From positions 8,358-72,357 of the forward strand of contig CALVZA010000002.1 of the NCBI GenBank assembly GCA_944372415.1: DNA of 64,000 bases. The letters are read 5' to 3'. Source of the DNA: an uncultured Bacilli bacterium (lineage in GTDB: Bacteria > Bacillota_I > Bacilli_A > RF39 > UBA660). How positions within the stretch are numbered: the first letter of the stretch is position 1; every line of letters begins with the position of its first letter. This document shows, one piece after another, positions 32,214 to 41,640 of this stretch. Both the position numbers and the translations under genes were made by a program. The notes below the pieces were generated by a model. That model worked only from the letters and a program-made list of their open reading frames with translations. It made no database searches and was not told the DNA's origin.

Positions 32214-32238
32214 CATTTTAAGATAAGGGTGGTAGTTA

Positions 32239-32970
32239 ATGAATAGAGTAGTTAATTATTTAGTGTATTTATTTCTGTTTTTCTTTATATTAGTATCAAG
32301 TGTTAATGCGGAATGTTCTTATCAAGAAAGAAAGAATCTACTTAATGAGGCTAAAAGTGTTGATATTGTTTTTAATGTTGATAGTAGAAAAGAAAAAATA
32401 GAAACTGTTAATCCTAATACAGAAGAAATAGAGATTATTGAGGATGATAAATTTTATTTTAATTTAAATATATCAAATTTAACAAATGATTTATTTATTA
32501 AAGTTACTAATAATTTGAATAGTGATCAGTTTATTGTGAATAGTGAAGATTTAAAAGATGGTTTATATTCTTATGAAATAGATAATATGACTGATATAAT
32601 AACTTATCATTTAGATTTTTATTCTACTTATAATAATTGCTATGCAGAAAAGATTTTATCTAGACAAATAAAAAAACCAAAAGAAAATCCAGTATATTAT
32701 TTTTCTGTTTGCTCTGATGAAAGATTAGAAAATAATAAATATTGTCAAAGATTTATTGAAAATGATTTTAATATGAAAACTTATGATATTGTTTCAAAAT
32801 TAAATAAAATACTTGAAGAAGAAAATGAACCAGTTGTTGAAAAAAATTTTTCAGCAAAGAAAGTAAAACAGTTTTTTGCTAAATATTGGTATTTATTTGT
32901 TGTTACTTTAATAGTAATAATAGGAGTAATAACACTGTTAATTATTAGAAAGAAGAGAAGTAAATTATGA
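32239..32970 (+). CDS. exported membrane-anchored protein, first gene of the Tad-like operon
   Basis: signal peptide ending VNA|E; 4 Cys; C-terminal TM plus RKKRSKL tail; stop overlaps the start of the next gene (ATGA). Confidence 0.5.
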   Translation: MNRVVNYLVYLFLFFFILVSSVNAECSYQERKNLLNEAKSVDIVFNVDSRKEKIETVNPNTEEIEIIEDDKFYFNLNISNLTNDLFIKVTNNLNSDQFIVNSEDLKDGLYSYEIDNMTDIITYHLDFYSTYNNCYAEKILSRQIKKPKENPVYYFSVCSDERLENNKYCQRFIENDFNMKTYDIVSKLNKILEEENEPVVEKNFSAKKVKQFFAKYWYLFVVTLIVIIGVITLLIIRKKRSKL

Positions 32971-35900
32971 TTAAGTTAAAATTAAAATATTTTTTATTTT
33001 TATATATACTTTTCTTTCCTATGTTGCAGGTTAATGCTGGAGTATGTAATGGATATGATATAGATAATTCTTCTGGCACATGTAAATCCATTAGTGTTTC
33101 TGTATGGACACCTGATTGGTTAAACAAACGATATGGTAGTTATTTTTTAAGACCTGGATATGTTGCAAGTACTACTAATGGAGATGCAGTTGCGTTTTGT
33201 TTAGATCCTGGGTTGCCTAGATCTACTAAAGAATTAACTTATATAAGGGAAATTGATAATTCTGATACTTCTGGCGGCGAAGGGACAGTTGGTTATTATG
33301 ATGATGGTGTTTATCGTATGTATCAATATTTTTATAATAATTTACTATGGAATTTGAATAATGGTGGCTTATCTGATGATAATATGAATCAGGAACGTGC
33401 ATATTTTCAAAATGCATTAAGAGTTTGGACTTATAAAAATAAATTTGATTATTTGGCTCCTAATAGTGCTAAGTATGAGATAGATGCACCACATTTTAAA
33501 ACTTGTGCTCATTATATTGATAGTACAGTTTCTAGTGGTACGTCTCAGTCAATTGCAGATTGTTATGGAAATAATACTCATCTTAATAACATACAAAAAT
33601 ATTATGATAGCATGGCACAAAATTATTTGTGGGTAAATCCTTTAAATATTGAAACAAAATCATCTAGAGTTACTGGACAAGATAATAAAAAATATTATAG
33701 GTATGAATTTAATATTACTTTTAATAATGGTAGTACAAAATTTTTTGATGATACATATTCTCAAGGAATATCTTATAGAGATATACAAATAGGAAATGCA
33801 GAATTTTATTTAGATGATTTATCAGTTAACGGCGTGAGTTGTAGTTCTTCTTCTAAATGTTATAATTATAGTGGAAATGGTATTGTAAATACAGGAGATA
33901 GCAGACAATTTATAGTTGAATTATCTGAAGAACAGTATAACGAATTTAAAAATAGTTCTGAAGATGGAACTGTAAATGTTACAATGCATTATGGATATCA
34001 ACATCCAATGAATATAGAAAATCTTTATACTGCTAGGTATGATTTAACAAATTCTTATCAGCGTATGTTGATTATTAGAAATTATATTCATAAAGATAGT
34101 ATTACAATAGGAAAAACTCCTGAAATTTCTAAGTGTTTACATAATTCAAGTGGTTATATTAATTCTCAAGGTAATAAAGTTAGTACTTTAGCAGAATTTA
34201 TGGCATCTTGTGGTTGTAATTCTGTTAACCGAGATTTATTAGATTCTAACGGACTTGAATATTATAATAATAAATGTTCTAATTCTATAATAGAAGAAAG
34301 TTATACTGGTTCTGTAAATAATTGCGACGATAATGAAGAATATGATCCTGCTAATTCTGATACAAATTTTAGTAATTATTCTTTAGGTTATAAGAAGGTT
34401 TCTAGAATAAATGATTATTGTACAGAAACTTGTAATGAAGATATAACTATTAATGATTTAAAAGGTAAGTATACTACTGTTGCTGGAACTTATTTTGAAT
34501 TTAAAAAATATCCTAGTTTGATTGCTAATAAAAAATGTGTAGTTGATATTGATTATAATAAATGGATTACTAATTATAGAAATAATTTACAGGATTTAGT
34601 TAATAAATATAATGATTGGCAAGAGGCTAAAATGGCTTATGAATCAGAAGATTCTTCAGATAAATGTAATCCTAGGTGTTGTGGTGGGTATGTTGATGGT
34701 GTTTGTACTAGATGGTGTTACGATACGTTATATAAATATAATTATACATATGAAAAAGTTTATATAGTAAATAATACAGATTTAGATACAGAAACTGTAC
34801 GTGGTGATGAAACTAGATGTGGTTCTAGAATAAATTGGAATGTAAATTCCAAACTGTCTGCTTTTAGAAATGCTTCTTCAAGTTCAACTTCTATTGCTAA
34901 CTTGAAAAGTGATTTAAAAACATGTAATAATAGATTATTTGGAAGTAAAAACAATATTACTGATGAAAATTTTTATGATTTTAAACAGCAGTTAAATTAT
35001 TATTATTATCAAACTTATTCTGATAAAAACATTGGTACAAGAAAAAATAACGAAAGGTCAAGTTATGGTGGTATAAATGATAGTGAATTTAAAGTTAGTA
35101 GTCAGATAAATTCTGAAAAAACTGGAGAAGGGTCATATAAGAATTATGCTTCTTTATCGGAATCTGGTATTAGCAGGGAATCAATTTATACATATGGTAA
35201 TTCGTATAGTAGAACAGTGGAATATGATGTGAAATATAATAGACCTAAATATGAAAAGTATGTTGAAGTTTCTACAGGTAAAATTTCTACTACTTATGTT
35301 GAAAATAAATCTATAAAGTTAGGATATGTTTATGATATAGATGTCTCAGCAATACCTAAATCTGATAACAAAACATATTATGCTTTTAGCAAATTAGGAG
35401 CAAGCGACAATAAAATTTTTAATCATTTTAAAGATGGTGATGAAATAAAAAGATATTGTACATATGAAATAACTAATGATATAATAGGATGTGAAGATGG
35501 TAATTGTGATGATGAAGGTTCAAAATTAAAAGTTGTGTTTAGAATTGTTGATCCTAATAATATAGATCCTAATAGTAGATTTGGTACCGGTGAAGGATTT
35601 AAGAATTGGGATAATGATAAAGGAAAGGCTACAAAAGCTAAAATAGAAAATGATGATACATATAATCCTAAAAATTTAGAGTATTCATTTTCTTTAGATA
35701 GTGCAACTATTAAGGCAATAAGAAATTATAATTCGAATTGTGATGGAAATGAGTGTGATCCAATTGTTTATTCAGATACTAAAACTTCATACTCAGAGTT
35801 GGAATGTGATGAAAATGGTTTATATTGTAAAAGTAAGTTTATAACCACTGCTTTATCAGATAATACTATTTTTGGTAAAAAATTTGCACTTAATACAAAT

Positions 35901-35978
35901 GGTAGAAGTACATGGAAAGACTTCACTACTAATGAAGGTAAATACTATATTGATGGCGTTAAAATTGACATTGATTAG
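32967..35978 (+). CDS. 1003-aa secreted cysteine-rich protein (putative adhesin or cargo of the Tad-like system)
   Basis: signal peptide ending VNA|G; about 30 Cys, including CNPRCCGGYVDGVCTRWC; Asn/Tyr/Ser-rich; no TM, no LPXTG. Confidence 0.55.
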   Translation: MIKLKLKYFLFLYILFFPMLQVNAGVCNGYDIDNSSGTCKSISVSVWTPDWLNKRYGSYFLRPGYVASTTNGDAVAFCLDPGLPRSTKELTYIREIDNSDTSGGEGTVGYYDDGVYRMYQYFYNNLLWNLNNGGLSDDNMNQERAYFQNALRVWTYKNKFDYLAPNSAKYEIDAPHFKTCAHYIDSTVSSGTSQSIADCYGNNTHLNNIQKYYDSMAQNYLWVNPLNIETKSSRVTGQDNKKYYRYEFNITFNNGSTKFFDDTYSQGISYRDIQIGNAEFYLDDLSVNGVSCSSSSKCYNYSGNGIVNTGDSRQFIVELSEEQYNEFKNSSEDGTVNVTMHYGYQHPMNIENLYTARYDLTNSYQRMLIIRNYIHKDSITIGKTPEISKCLHNSSGYINSQGNKVSTLAEFMASCGCNSVNRDLLDSNGLEYYNNKCSNSIIEESYTGSVNNCDDNEEYDPANSDTNFSNYSLGYKKVSRINDYCTETCNEDITINDLKGKYTTVAGTYFEFKKYPSLIANKKCVVDIDYNKWITNYRNNLQDLVNKYNDWQEAKMAYESEDSSDKCNPRCCGGYVDGVCTRWCYDTLYKYNYTYEKVYIVNNTDLDTETVRGDETRCGSRINWNVNSKLSAFRNASSSSTSIANLKSDLKTCNNRLFGSKNNITDENFYDFKQQLNYYYYQTYSDKNIGTRKNNERSSYGGINDSEFKVSSQINSEKTGEGSYKNYASLSESGISRESIYTYGNSYSRTVEYDVKYNRPKYEKYVEVSTGKISTTYVENKSIKLGYVYDIDVSAIPKSDNKTYYAFSKLGASDNKIFNHFKDGDEIKRYCTYEITNDIIGCEDGNCDDEGSKLKVVFRIVDPNNIDPNSRFGTGEGFKNWDNDKGKATKAKIENDDTYNPKNLEYSFSLDSATIKAIRNYNSNCDGNECDPIVYSDTKTSYSELECDENGLYCKSKFITTALSDNTIFGKKFALNTNGRSTWKDFTTNEGKYYIDGVKIDID

Positions 35979-36002
35979 TAATCTTATGGAGGTGAAAAAG
36001 CT

Positions 36003-36404
36003 TTGAAAGAAAGTTTATGGGGGTATTGGTTAATATTATTAGGTATAATAATTATTACAGTTATGATATTATTACAAAATTATACAACGACTAATCAACA
36101 AGATTACTATTTGGCAAAAGAAGTAACTTATGCTGCAATGTATGATGCTATTGATTATGGATATTATAAAAAAAATGGTGAATTAAAAATAATAAAAGAA
36201 AAGTTTGTTGAAAATTTTATTAGGCGTTTTGCTGAGAGTGCAACACTAAATAAAAATTATAAAATTAATTTTTATTCTATATATGAAACACCACCTGCTG
36301 TTTCTATAGAGATAAAAACTAATACAGGGGAATTTTTGGTAGGAAGTGAAAGCATTGATGCTGGAATAACTACAAGATTGACTGCAATATTGGAAGTTAG
36401 ATAA
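36003..36404 (+). CDS. small N-terminally membrane-anchored protein (possible pseudopilin/TadE-like accessory)
   Basis: single N-terminal TM (WLILLGIIIITVMILL), then a beta-rich domain; no GxxxxEY prepilin motif. Confidence 0.4.
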   Translation: MKESLWGYWLILLGIIIITVMILLQNYTTTNQQDYYLAKEVTYAAMYDAIDYGYYKKNGELKIIKEKFVENFIRRFAESATLNKNYKINFYSIYETPPAVSIEIKTNTGEFLVGSESIDAGITTRLTAILEVR

Positions 36405-36421
36405 AATTAAGGAGGAATAAA

Positions 36422-37282
36422 ATGGGAAATTTAATGTTAAAATTAAAAAGATTTTTAGGAAATAAGAATACTATTACAATTCTTTGTGTAGTTGCAGGTG
36501 TAGCAGTATTGCTAATTGGTTATAATTATAGAGTTAATCAGGCAGTACAACCTGTAAATGTTCCTTATGCTTTAAAACGTATGGAACCAAAAAGTAAAGT
36601 TGAAGCAGATAATGTGGGAACAATTAAAGTAAGTGGTGCTTTTGTAGAGCAAACAGAAGACTTAATTACTAGTAAACAATATATTTTAAATAATGAATGG
36701 TATGTTAACTATGATACTGTTATTCCAGAAGGTGGTTTATTTTATAAAACACAATTGGTTTTAAAAGAAGATATACCAGATACTGCATTTGATGATATAG
36801 ATGAGGGAGCTACTATATTTAGTTTAAGTGTAGATAGTCATAGTACCTATGGTAATTCAATAATGCCAGGTAATTTTATTGATTTATATTTAAAGGCAAC
36901 TGACGAAAATGGTAAAGTTATATTTGGTAAATTTATTGAAAGTATAAAAGTATTATCAGTAAGAGATTCAAGTGGTAATGATGTTTTTGCAGACAGTCAA
37001 GTTGTTAGAAATAGTGGAGAATTATTATTTGCTGTTAAAGATGATTTATTTATGTTATTAAGTGAAGCAAGTTTTGTTGGTGGAATAGACATAGTACCAG
37101 TACCTAGAAATGCTGCTTATAGAAATGAAGGAGATACTGAAAATGGTACTCAAGTATCTAAACAAGAATTAGTTGATTATATTTTAGAAAAAGTTTCTGA
37201 ATTAAGTGATGATATAGATGTTTCTACAGCAGTTACTGGAGATAATATTTCTCAAACTCCAAATGCTCCAACTGGGAATTAG
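36422..37282 (+). CDS. cpaB: CpaB/RcpC-like Flp-pilus assembly protein
   Basis: N-terminal TM; SAF-like region; RcpC-like PGNFIDLYLKAT...IKVLSV and ELLFAVKDDLFMLLSEA patterns. Confidence 0.6.
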   Translation: MGNLMLKLKRFLGNKNTITILCVVAGVAVLLIGYNYRVNQAVQPVNVPYALKRMEPKSKVEADNVGTIKVSGAFVEQTEDLITSKQYILNNEWYVNYDTVIPEGGLFYKTQLVLKEDIPDTAFDDIDEGATIFSLSVDSHSTYGNSIMPGNFIDLYLKATDENGKVIFGKFIESIKVLSVRDSSGNDVFADSQVVRNSGELLFAVKDDLFMLLSEASFVGGIDIVPVPRNAAYRNEGDTENGTQVSKQELVDYILEKVSELSDDIDVSTAVTGDNISQTPNAPTGN

Positions 37283-37290
37283 GTGATTAG

Positions 37291-38373
37291 ATGAATGATG
37301 CTATATTTTCTCAATTAGACTTTGGTCCTTTAAAAGAATTTTTAGAGACAGACGATATAACAGATATTTCTTATAGTAATGGTGGACAGGTTTGGCTAAA
37401 ATCTTTGACTAAGGGTATTTATCAAGTTGATAGACCGGATATAAATAATGCAATGATGGAAAAATTAGCATTTCAATGTTCTAATGTAATGGGTAAAACG
37501 TTTAATATGGCTTCTCCTTTTTTGGATGCTGAGAGTGCTGAGTTAAGAATGAATTTTATTCACGAGTCTATTAGTACTAATGGTATTGCGTGTGTTATAC
37601 GTAAAACTCCCGCTAAAATTAGATTAAATAAAGATAAATTAATAAATGAAAGATATACAACGGTAGAAATACATGACTTTTTAATAAAATGTGTTGAGGG
37701 TCATTGTAATATTATTGTTTGTGGCGAAACTGGTAGTGGTAAAACAGAATTAGTTAAATATTTAGCAAGCTATACTAAAGAAAATGAAAAAATTATTACT
37801 ATTGAAGATACTTTGGAACTTCATTTAGATAAAATTTTTCCACATAGAGATATTGTTGCTGTAAAAACAAATAATATAGCAAGTTATTCTGATGTTTTGG
37901 TTTCATGTATGAGACAAAATCCTAAATGGATATTATTATCTGAAGTACGTAGTGCAGAAGCTGTATTAGCAGTACGTAATTCTATTTCTTCAGGACATAA
38001 TATATTATCTACTATACATAGTGATAAGGCTAGTAGTATTCCTTTGCGTATGTATTCTTTGATGGAAAGTAGTCAAGATCTAGAGCAATTTTTAAGTAGT
38101 ATACATAGATACGTTCAACTAGGCGTATATGTAAAAGGATATTTTAGTAAAGAATTAAATAGATTTCAAAGGGAAATATTTGAAGTTTGTGAGTTTTATG
38201 TTAACGAAAAAAATCAGCCTAAGAAAAATGTAATTTATAAAAAATTTATGAATGGTAAATTTCAAATCCAAAATCCTACTAAATATTTGTTAGATTATTT
38301 GAGTATTCAAGGTGTTAATTTGCCTGAAGATACATTTAGATTAGGTAGTGTTAATAAAGGAGAAGAAGACTAG
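37291..38373 (+). CDS. tadA: TadA/CpaF/VirB11-family secretion ATPase
   Basis: Walker A CGETGSGKTE; TIEDTLEL Asp box; LLSEVRSAEA Walker B; STIHSDKA His box. Confidence 0.8.
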   Translation: MNDAIFSQLDFGPLKEFLETDDITDISYSNGGQVWLKSLTKGIYQVDRPDINNAMMEKLAFQCSNVMGKTFNMASPFLDAESAELRMNFIHESISTNGIACVIRKTPAKIRLNKDKLINERYTTVEIHDFLIKCVEGHCNIIVCGETGSGKTELVKYLASYTKENEKIITIEDTLELHLDKIFPHRDIVAVKTNNIASYSDVLVSCMRQNPKWILLSEVRSAEAVLAVRNSISSGHNILSTIHSDKASSIPLRMYSLMESSQDLEQFLSSIHRYVQLGVYVKGYFSKELNRFQREIFEVCEFYVNEKNQPKKNVIYKKFMNGKFQIQNPTKYLLDYLSIQGVNLPEDTFRLGSVNKGEED

Positions 38374-38390
38374 AAAGGTGGTTATAATTA

Positions 38391-39287
38391 ATGATTGAAA
38401 GTATTTTAATTATAGCAATCACAATATTTGTACTTATTTCTAGATTTGGTAAAAACGATAGTGTAAGTAGTTCTGTTAAAAATGGATTTAGAAAAGTAAT
38501 GTCAAAGGTAATGCCTTATAATTATGATGATGTTAAAGAAAAAGCTAAGGAATTAGGTCAAACTTTTAATGCTAAACAATATACTTTACAATTTGTATTG
38601 TTTGCAGTAGGTGGTGGTGGTGTTGCTTTTCTATATTTTAGAAGTTTAACTTGGGCAATTATTTATGGCTTAGTTGCAACAACTTTCATTCCTTATTTAA
38701 CGGTTCTTAAGTATAAAAGAGTTTATAGTGAGTATTTATTTGAATGTATTCAGACTTACTGTACTAATGTAATTATGGAATTTAATACAACTCAGTCTTT
38801 TGTTAAATCATTAGAAGGTGTTGTTGAAAGTGGAATTTTAGAAGAACCAGTTTTAAGTGATGTTAAAAATATGATTGATATGTCATATAAAAATGGTACA
38901 ATTGATGAAAGTATTACATGGTTTAATAAAAAGTATCCTTATTATATGGTAAAAAATATGCATCAATTATTTTTACAGATAACTAATGAAGGTGCAAAAG
39001 ATAGTGGAGAAAGTTTAGAAAATATGATGTTAGATATAGATGCTTTAGTAGAAGGTGTTTATAGAGATAAAATGGATAGAAAGACATTCTATACTAAGTT
39101 TTTAACATTTGGTTTGGCTTTGTATTTATTAGTTATGTTAATACAATTTTTATTAGGTGGTGCTAACTATTTAGAAATGTTAAATGAATGGTATGTACAA
39201 ATGATTTTACATTTAATAATTATACTAAATTCGTATTTCTTATTAAAAGGAATAAAGTTCTATAATGAAGATACGGGGGTAGAATAA
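38391..39287 (+). CDS. tadB: TadB-like T2SS-F-domain inner membrane protein
   Basis: 3-4 TM layout with cytoplasmic T2SSF-like domain, immediately after the ATPase gene. Confidence 0.55.
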   Translation: MIESILIIAITIFVLISRFGKNDSVSSSVKNGFRKVMSKVMPYNYDDVKEKAKELGQTFNAKQYTLQFVLFAVGGGGVAFLYFRSLTWAIIYGLVATTFIPYLTVLKYKRVYSEYLFECIQTYCTNVIMEFNTTQSFVKSLEGVVESGILEEPVLSDVKNMIDMSYKNGTIDESITWFNKKYPYYMVKNMHQLFLQITNEGAKDSGESLENMMLDIDALVEGVYRDKMDRKTFYTKFLTFGLALYLLVMLIQFLLGGANYLEMLNEWYVQMILHLIIILNSYFLLKGIKFYNEDTGVE

Positions 39288-39288
39288 T

Positions 39289-40071
39289 ATGTTTGTAGAA
39301 GCGGTTATAATAATCATATTAATATTTATTGCGTTACAAGCAACTGGAAGTATAAGTTTAAATAAATTTGTAAAAGATAATCAGGAATATTTTAAAGCTA
39401 TGAAAGAAAGTGATTATGAATTTTTACTTAAGGCTCGTTATGGAGATGGTATAGATTCTGATAGACTTTTTACTGCTCGTATAAGAGATGGCGCTATAGC
39501 AATGGTACTATGTATATTCTTATTTATTAATAGTTTAGATTATACTAAAGTTATACTTTCTATTGTTGCTGGGTATGCTGTATTTAAATTAGGTTATTTA
39601 AAATTAAAAAATTATTATAAAGCACATTTACACGAAATTGATGCTCAGTTACCTTACTATTTAAAAAGTTTAGAAATTTTAATTCAACATTATACTGTTC
39701 CTGTTGCAATAGGTAAATCTTTAGAAGATGCTCCTCAAATATTTCAAGAGGGTTTAAAAGAGTTATTACAAAAGATAAATGCTGGAGATTCTAGTATTAC
39801 TCCATATATGGATTTTGCAAAAGATTATCCAGTTAGAGATTCTATGAGAATGATGAGATTACTTTATAGATTAGGTCTAGGTAGTCAAGAAAGAAAGCAA
39901 GAACAACTTTTACAATTTTCTAGATCTATTTCTAGTTTGCAACAAAAAGCGCGTGAAACTAGATATAAAAATAGATTAGATAAAATGGAAAGTAAAACTA
40001 TGATAATGTTGGTTTGTACTGGTGTAGGAGTTATGTTACTATTAGTTATTTCTATTATGAATATGTTTTAA
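39289..40071 (+). CDS. tadC: TadC-like T2SS-F-domain inner membrane protein
   Basis: paralogous topology to the previous gene; 2-nt intergenic gap. Confidence 0.55.
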   Translation: MFVEAVIIIILIFIALQATGSISLNKFVKDNQEYFKAMKESDYEFLLKARYGDGIDSDRLFTARIRDGAIAMVLCIFLFINSLDYTKVILSIVAGYAVFKLGYLKLKNYYKAHLHEIDAQLPYYLKSLEILIQHYTVPVAIGKSLEDAPQIFQEGLKELLQKINAGDSSITPYMDFAKDYPVRDSMRMMRLLYRLGLGSQERKQEQLLQFSRSISSLQQKARETRYKNRLDKMESKTMIMLVCTGVGVMLLLVISIMNMF

Positions 40072-40110
40072 TAAACATATTTTTTTATGTTATAATATAT
40101 CTTAGAAAGA

Positions 40111-40602
40111 GTGATTTATATGGATTTAGTATATGTTGGCAAGATAGTTAATACTCATGGAATTAAGGGAGAACTTAGAATAAAAAGTGATTTTGAAAGA
40201 AAAGATTTAATTTTTAAAGTTGGTAATAAAATTATTATAGATAAAGAAGAACATGAAATAAGAAGTTATAGGGTGCATAAAGTGTTTGATATGATAACTA
40301 TAGATAATCTTGATAATATAAATGATGTAATACGTTTTGTAGGTAAAAATGTATATGTTAGTAGAGATTCTTTAAAGTTAAAAAATAATGATTATTTATT
40401 AAGTGATTTAGTTGGATTAAGTGTAGTTTTTAACGATAAAGTATATGGTATTGTTAAAGATTATTCTTATGATATTAATCCTTTATTAAAAATAGAATTT
40501 GATAAAAATTATTATATTCCTATAAATTCTAATTATATTAAATCTGTTGATTTAGAAAATAAAATATTAGTTGTTGATGATATAGAGGGTTTGATAATAT
40601 GA
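40111..40602 (+). CDS. rimM: 16S rRNA processing protein RimM
   Basis: GKIVNTHGIKGELRI N-terminal motif; PRC barrel C-terminus. Confidence 0.85.
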   Translation: MIYMDLVYVGKIVNTHGIKGELRIKSDFERKDLIFKVGNKIIIDKEEHEIRSYRVHKVFDMITIDNLDNINDVIRFVGKNVYVSRDSLKLKNNDYLLSDLVGLSVVFNDKVYGIVKDYSYDINPLLKIEFDKNYYIPINSNYIKSVDLENKILVVDDIEGLII

Positions 40603-41252
40603 AAATAAGTATTTTAACACTTTTTCCTAATATGTTTGATGGTTTTTTAAATGAATCAATTATAAAACGAGCAATTTCTAAAGGTAAAGTTCAAATAGAA
40701 ATTATTAATTTTAGAGATTATAGTACTAGCAACAATAATCAAGTTGATGATACTCCTTATGGAGGAGGTGCTGGTATGGTTTTAATGTGTCAGCCTATAT
40801 TTGATTGTATTGAGAGTATAAAAACAGATGAATCTTTAGTTGTAATGCTTACACCTGATGGAAAAAAATATAATCAAACTATTGCAAAAGAGTTTTTAAA
40901 TATAAAACATTTAATTTTATTATGTGGACATTATGAGGGCTTTGATGAACGAATTAAGTCAATAGTTGATATGCAAGTTAGTATTGGTGATTATATTTTA
41001 ACGGGAGGAGAATTACCAGCAATGGTAATAAGTGATAGTGTAATAAGATTAATAGACGGTGTAATTAATAAAGATAGTTTATTAAGTGAAAGTTTTGAAG
41101 ATAATTTATATGATTATCCAGTATATACTAAGCCCTCAAATTTTAGAGGACTAGAAGTTCCAGATGTGCTTCTAAGCGGGGATCATAAAAAAATTAATGA
41201 ATGGAGAATTGAAAAAAGAATAAATAAAACAAAATATTTAAATAAGGAATAG
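40599..41252 (+). CDS. trmD: tRNA (guanine37-N1)-methyltransferase
   Basis: ISILTLFPNMF...YGGGAGMV...GHYEGFDER motifs. Confidence 0.9.
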   Translation: MKISILTLFPNMFDGFLNESIIKRAISKGKVQIEIINFRDYSTSNNNQVDDTPYGGGAGMVLMCQPIFDCIESIKTDESLVVMLTPDGKKYNQTIAKEFLNIKHLILLCGHYEGFDERIKSIVDMQVSIGDYILTGGELPAMVISDSVIRLIDGVINKDSLLSESFEDNLYDYPVYTKPSNFRGLEVPDVLLSGDHKKINEWRIEKRINKTKYLNKE

Positions 41253-41256
41253 GGTA

Positions 41257-41640
41257 TTGGTTATGAATGTAGTATTTGTTAGGAAAAGTAATTATATTTC
41301 TTATACTTATGAAGTATTAAATGGTTATACCTTTAAACCAAAAAGGAATATATCTAATTTAGTTATAGTTGATAAAAATTTAATAAGAATAATACTTTCT
41401 AAAAAAATAAAAAAAAATATAAAGAAGTTAACTAAGACTATAAATTTAATTATAAATAGTAATGTAGCAATTGTAAGTGATTGTGATATGATGAGAGATG
41501 AAATTTTTAAATTAATTAAAAAAACAGAAAAGAAGTATATGAAATATTTTAGTGAGTTTGAGTATTTTGATTTGATAAAAGAATTGTATCAATTAAATAT
41601 GGAAATTAATTTAAAAAAAAGTATTTTAGAGAATGAATAA
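41257..41640 (+). CDS. hypothetical protein, in the position where rplS usually follows trmD
   Basis: Lys/Ile-rich 127 aa; not L19. Confidence 0.3.
   Translation: MVMNVVFVRKSNYISYTYEVLNGYTFKPKRNISNLVIVDKNLIRIILSKKIKKNIKKLTKTINLIINSNVAIVSDCDMMRDEIFKLIKKTEKKYMKYFSEFEYFDLIKELYQLNMEINLKKSILENE

Noticed and set aside
33180-33440. Internal thioester (TED) domain call for the 1003-aa protein
   Set aside because: An FCLD Cys motif is present, but the candidate Gln motif (FQNALRVW) deviates from TQxA(I/V/L)W and lies only about 70 residues away. I kept it as a note inside the finding rather than a feature call.
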